Below are positions 54,278 to 58,108 of a stretch of DNA of 58,108 nt, one piece after another. Below the pieces are notes generated by a model. It searched no databases. It was not told where the DNA came from and saw nothing but the letters and a program-made list of their open reading frames with translations. Made by a program: the position numbers and the translations under genes. Source of the stretch: Kudoa neothunni (taxonomy: Eukaryota; Animalia; Cnidaria); the NCBI GenBank assembly GCA_964304625.1, contig OZ199840.1:4556658-4614765 (forward strand). The letters are read 5' to 3'. How positions within the stretch are numbered: position 1 is the stretch's first letter; each line of letters opens with the position of its first letter.

Positions 54278-55884
54278 CGAATGGAGAAATTTTGCCGATG
54301 GGAGAAAGATTACCTGCGCAAAACGTGAATAAAACTTAATTTAAATCGCATATTAACTGCGTAAGACCAGTTAAGGGACCCAGAATGAGTGGAAATTCAA
54401 ATAAAGATATTATTATGCTTAAGACTACCAAAAATAACCGACATGATGCTTTGTGAAGATTATTTTTACGTCAAAGATTACAAAAAAAATGAAATTCAAT
54501 ATTGGAGGTGTCAAGTTAGGACAATGTAGAGGAAGGTTAAGAATAACAACTCTTGATAATACGGAAAACATTGAAAAAACTGGATTTCACAATCACGTCG
54601 TAATCGGAGGTAGGACAAAAATAAAAAATATTCCACAATAAAATAAAATTCTTAGCAGAAACTACTTTATATCCAACAAACAAGGTGTATAGTATTGCAA
54701 CCAGCAAAGAAAAAAATTAATGAATTGCCGATTATTCCTAAATCTTTTGTATACAAAAACATAAGAAATTTAAGAAAAAGAAACAATATTCAAATTAATC
54801 CAGCGACAAATCTTTGTGATGAAATTAAGACTCTGAGAGATGAATCCTTTTGTTTGTTCGATTCAGGTTCTGATGACGAAAACAGAATAATCATTTTTTC
54901 TACAGAGAAAAACCTTTTACATCTGAAAAATTCAGATTTTTGGATTGCGGATGGAACTTTTAACGTTGCGCCGAAGGGATTTTTTTCAGTTATATGCTAT
55001 TCATGGTAATGTATTCACAGGGTTTTTCCACTAGCTTTTGTTTTAATGTCGGACAAGTCTGAGAAAAATTACACGAAAATTATTGAAATAATCAAGGAGA
55101 AGGGTAATATGGAGTTACCGAAATCAATAATTATTGACTTTGAAGTAGCAGCATATAATGCCTTTAAAAAAGCATCAAAACATGATGTACAATTTTGTTT
55201 GTTTCATTTCGGACAATGTAATTACCGAAAAATTCAATCACCTGGACTTTCCGAGGAATACCAAAATAACCTAGATTTTAAAGTTTTCGTTAATAATGCG
55301 TTATGTCACTCGCATTTGTCCTAAAGATTTTGTTGAAGCTGAATTCAAAAAATTGTGTACTTCTGCTGAAAAATTTCAGATTCCTATCTTCAATTATTCT
55401 TAAATATTTTGAAAAAAAACTTTATTAGAAGCAAAAAGTATCCCATTGAATCATGGAATGCATACCAAAGAGTGCTGAACGATGTAAAACTAACATCTAA
55501 CAACGCAGAAATATTCCATCGGCCACTTTTATTCCCGCTTTGACCAATCACATTCAGGATTAGTCACATTCATCACAAATCTAAAAGAGCAACAAAGTTT
55601 GATTGAACAGGAAATTATGTATCAGCTATGTAATCCAAATACAACAAATCAGAACAAAAAGACGGAAATAAAAATGGAAAAAATTGAAGGAGATATGCTC
55701 GAATTATGGTTCCTATTATGGTACATTTTATGTAGAAGCTATATCTAAAACGTATAATTGGAAATTAAAATAAAATTATAGGTACTTTGCGTTTTTTTTC
55801 AATAAAAAATTACGGTTGATGTATTTCTTTGCATTCGCGCATGCGCGGGGTAATCTTTCTCCATCGGCAAAATTTCTCCATTCG
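54278..55884 (+). mobile_element. FLYWCH-type Mutator-like element (MULE), ~1.6 kb, ~43-bp TIRs
   Basis: TIR CGAATGGAGAAATTTTGCCGATGG(G)AGAAAGATTACC begins exactly where the flank diverges from the copy-2 flank. Contains a transposase. Confidence 0.8.
54385..55773 (+). CDS. MULE transposase with N-terminal FLYWCH zinc finger (several 1-nt frameshifts)
   Basis: YFYVKD...QYWRC..QCRGR...FHNH (FLYWCH), WIADGTFNVAP (D), IIIDFEVAAYNAF (D), FCLFHFGQ (CxxH) and TSNNAEIFH (E). Confidence 0.8.
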
Positions 55885-56771
55885 GACTGTAGCTATGTTG
55901 GTGGCTCTGAGTGAGAAATATGGTTTATGATATTTTCTTAACTATCACTGAAGAATTTTGGTGATTGTTAGATCAAGGTTGGAGGATAATAACGTCGTTT
56001 TCAATCTTGATCGAAGCGATTTTTTGATTATTTTATCATTTTCTGCCGTATATTTTCTAACGATGGTTTAAGCAAACTGCATGAGATAGTTTCACACAAC
56101 CAATGACTTACGTGGTTACAGAAAATTTTTAATATCAAAGTTATAATTAAGGGGGCGAACAAGCAATTTTTTAATTGTTAAAAGATCCATTGTTATGTGA
56201 AATTAAACAGAACCAATAACTACCTTATATTGCACATAATTATAAGTTAGATTTATTAACTTTATTGACGAAATAGACCGCCATTTCAACAAGGTCAATG
56301 AGTTCCATGTGTGAACGATCTCTTTGTGTGGATTTTTTCGCTATTAGAAAAACCCTCTCTGAGCTCCAATTTCCAGTAGGTCCCGAAAATAACTGTTACC
56401 TACTTTCTTAGATTTTCGATATTTAGAACCTTCAATAGTCTAGGGCGGGGATGGTAAGTTCTTGTTCGCTCGCAAGACTCCAAATTTGCACAAAATACTA
56501 ATGAACGAACGTGAACGAAATTACAGCCTCAAATTATTTGAACGAACGAAATTGCCATCAATGGTAGAGAGACACTATCTTAATTAAAACCTTCACTTAA
56601 TAGGAATGTCGAAGTTATCATTGAATTAATTTAATAATAAAATGTACGTGTAGAAATCCACAGTTTGATAAAATTAAAAATCAGCCGAATACTTGAGTAA
56701 ATTGGAGATAATAACAACTATATTTGATAATTAATTATAAAAAGCTTAAATAATATTTTGATTTGAGAGTT

Positions 56772-58108
56772 CTAATTTTTGTTCTTCATGTATCCGAAAT
56801 AGAGAAACCTATCCCGATAACCACGATAACAACTGGAACAATCACGGAAAATAATTCTAAAGATAAAGATTAAAATACTCAAATTGATTATTAATACATC
56901 GTATTTTTGGATCTAAAAGAAATTAGACAAAAAATGCATGACATATCAAAAGTTACGTTGATTTGTTTGAAGATTCACCTATTAAAATATTTATAATTAG
57001 CATCGAAATATTATGATGGTTACCTTGTTTAATTATTCCAACACCGTAGGTATTTGGATCTTCATTATAGAATAGAGTCAAATGGAGTATCGTGTATATC
57101 TTCAACTTCTGTAATTGTGAATTCCTTGCAACGAGGTAATTGAGTGCAACCTTTACCAACAACCATGCATTTTTTCACGATGGATTTGAGGGTTCTCCAG
57201 AATTTTTTAACTGCCATTTGCATAACGCATTTTTCGTCCAAACCTTGAGGTAAAGTAGTGCTAACAGTCAATGTTTTATCGACACGTGTGATCACCACTA
57301 TTAATTGTTTATTGAGATCAGTGGGTTGTGAAGGCAATGGGTCTAAAATGTAATTTTAAATAGCATTAGTAAATTTTTAATTTTCGTTTGTAGTATTAAT
57401 TCAATTTTAAAATTGGTTATATAAAAATTTATGAAGAAATACTTTTGGGTATATTATTGGAAACTTCTGTGGACCTTCCAACAGCAGTCACCCGAAACTT
57501 GATAATCTTTGTCTGATTCGTATCCTTCACTAAAAATGATATTGCTGCATAAGGGTGGTGCTTGCACGATGAGATTGTATTTGTATTGGTGGCAGTTGCT
57601 GCATTTACGTTTCGTTGGTCTCCTGATGATCTAGCCACCCCCATTTTTGATGTTGATACGAGAGTAGAACTTCAGCAGCTCTTGTTGGAGTTCGTGATGG
57701 ACATTCGTAAATTAGTCCATAATCTTCTCCTTGTTTAACTTTAACTTTGTAATGAATACGGCTGCTGGGTAAGGCGATGATAAGGAACCTGCGACTTTAA
57801 AACCTTTATCCAACATTTGTTTTTCAAGTGTAAGTGTTGACAAAGCTTAAAAATATTTAATTATTATTTTATGAAAAAATATGTTACCAGTTCTGAATTG
57901 GTGAACTTTGAAACCATAATCTTTGTGTGCAACAACTTTGAGATCATAATCGGTTCCTGGAGATAACCCCACGATAGTTTGAGACTCCCCACAATATCCT
58001 CTGCATGGATAACTATCAACGCACATTGCACAAACATACGTATCTTTCCCTCGCGGGCTTAGATAGTAAGCACATGTGGTACTAGTTTTTGAAATCGATG
58101 TTTCAACA
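56772..58108 (-). CDS. Unknown type I membrane protein, copy 4 (3' part only, runs off the window; many indels)
   Basis: The reverse complement encodes the same modules 5-7, micro-exons, TM and MKNKN* (stop at 56772-56774). Confidence 0.75.

Larger units (their letters stand above)
52057..58108. repeat. Large inverted repeat: left arm 52057-54320, right arm 55842-58108 (continues past the window), spacer = MULE interior
   Basis: The reverse complement of the window end (TGTTGAAACATCGATTTCAAAAACTAGT...) matches 52057 onward. The match runs continuously to GGAGAAAGATTACC.GCGCA at both inner edges. Confidence 0.92.

Overview
AT-rich eukaryotic (animal-type) genomic DNA with very short GT-AG introns (mostly 38-100 nt). 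This is consistent with a compact parasite genome such as a myxozoan, which is an inference from the sequence, not an identification. It holds four conserved housekeeping genes (RPL15, PP1 catalytic subunit, RBM39, SF3B4), a secreted five-Kunitz-domain gene, and many DNA-transposon relics (hAT/Buster, hAT SPIN-like, pogo/Tigger, piggyBac, Merlin, MULE, MITEs). The main signal is four copies of an unrecognised ~850-aa type I membrane protein gene built from about 7 Cys-containing FN3-like modules. The membrane-distal modules are highly variable and mosaic between copies, while the membrane-proximal half, introns included, is nearly identical, an architecture typical of a variant surface antigen family. 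Copies 3 and 4 form the arms of a >=2.2 kb inverted repeat centred on a FLYWCH-MULE transposase with intact DDE motifs. Homopolymer frameshifts increase toward the right end, so assembly error must be excluded there.
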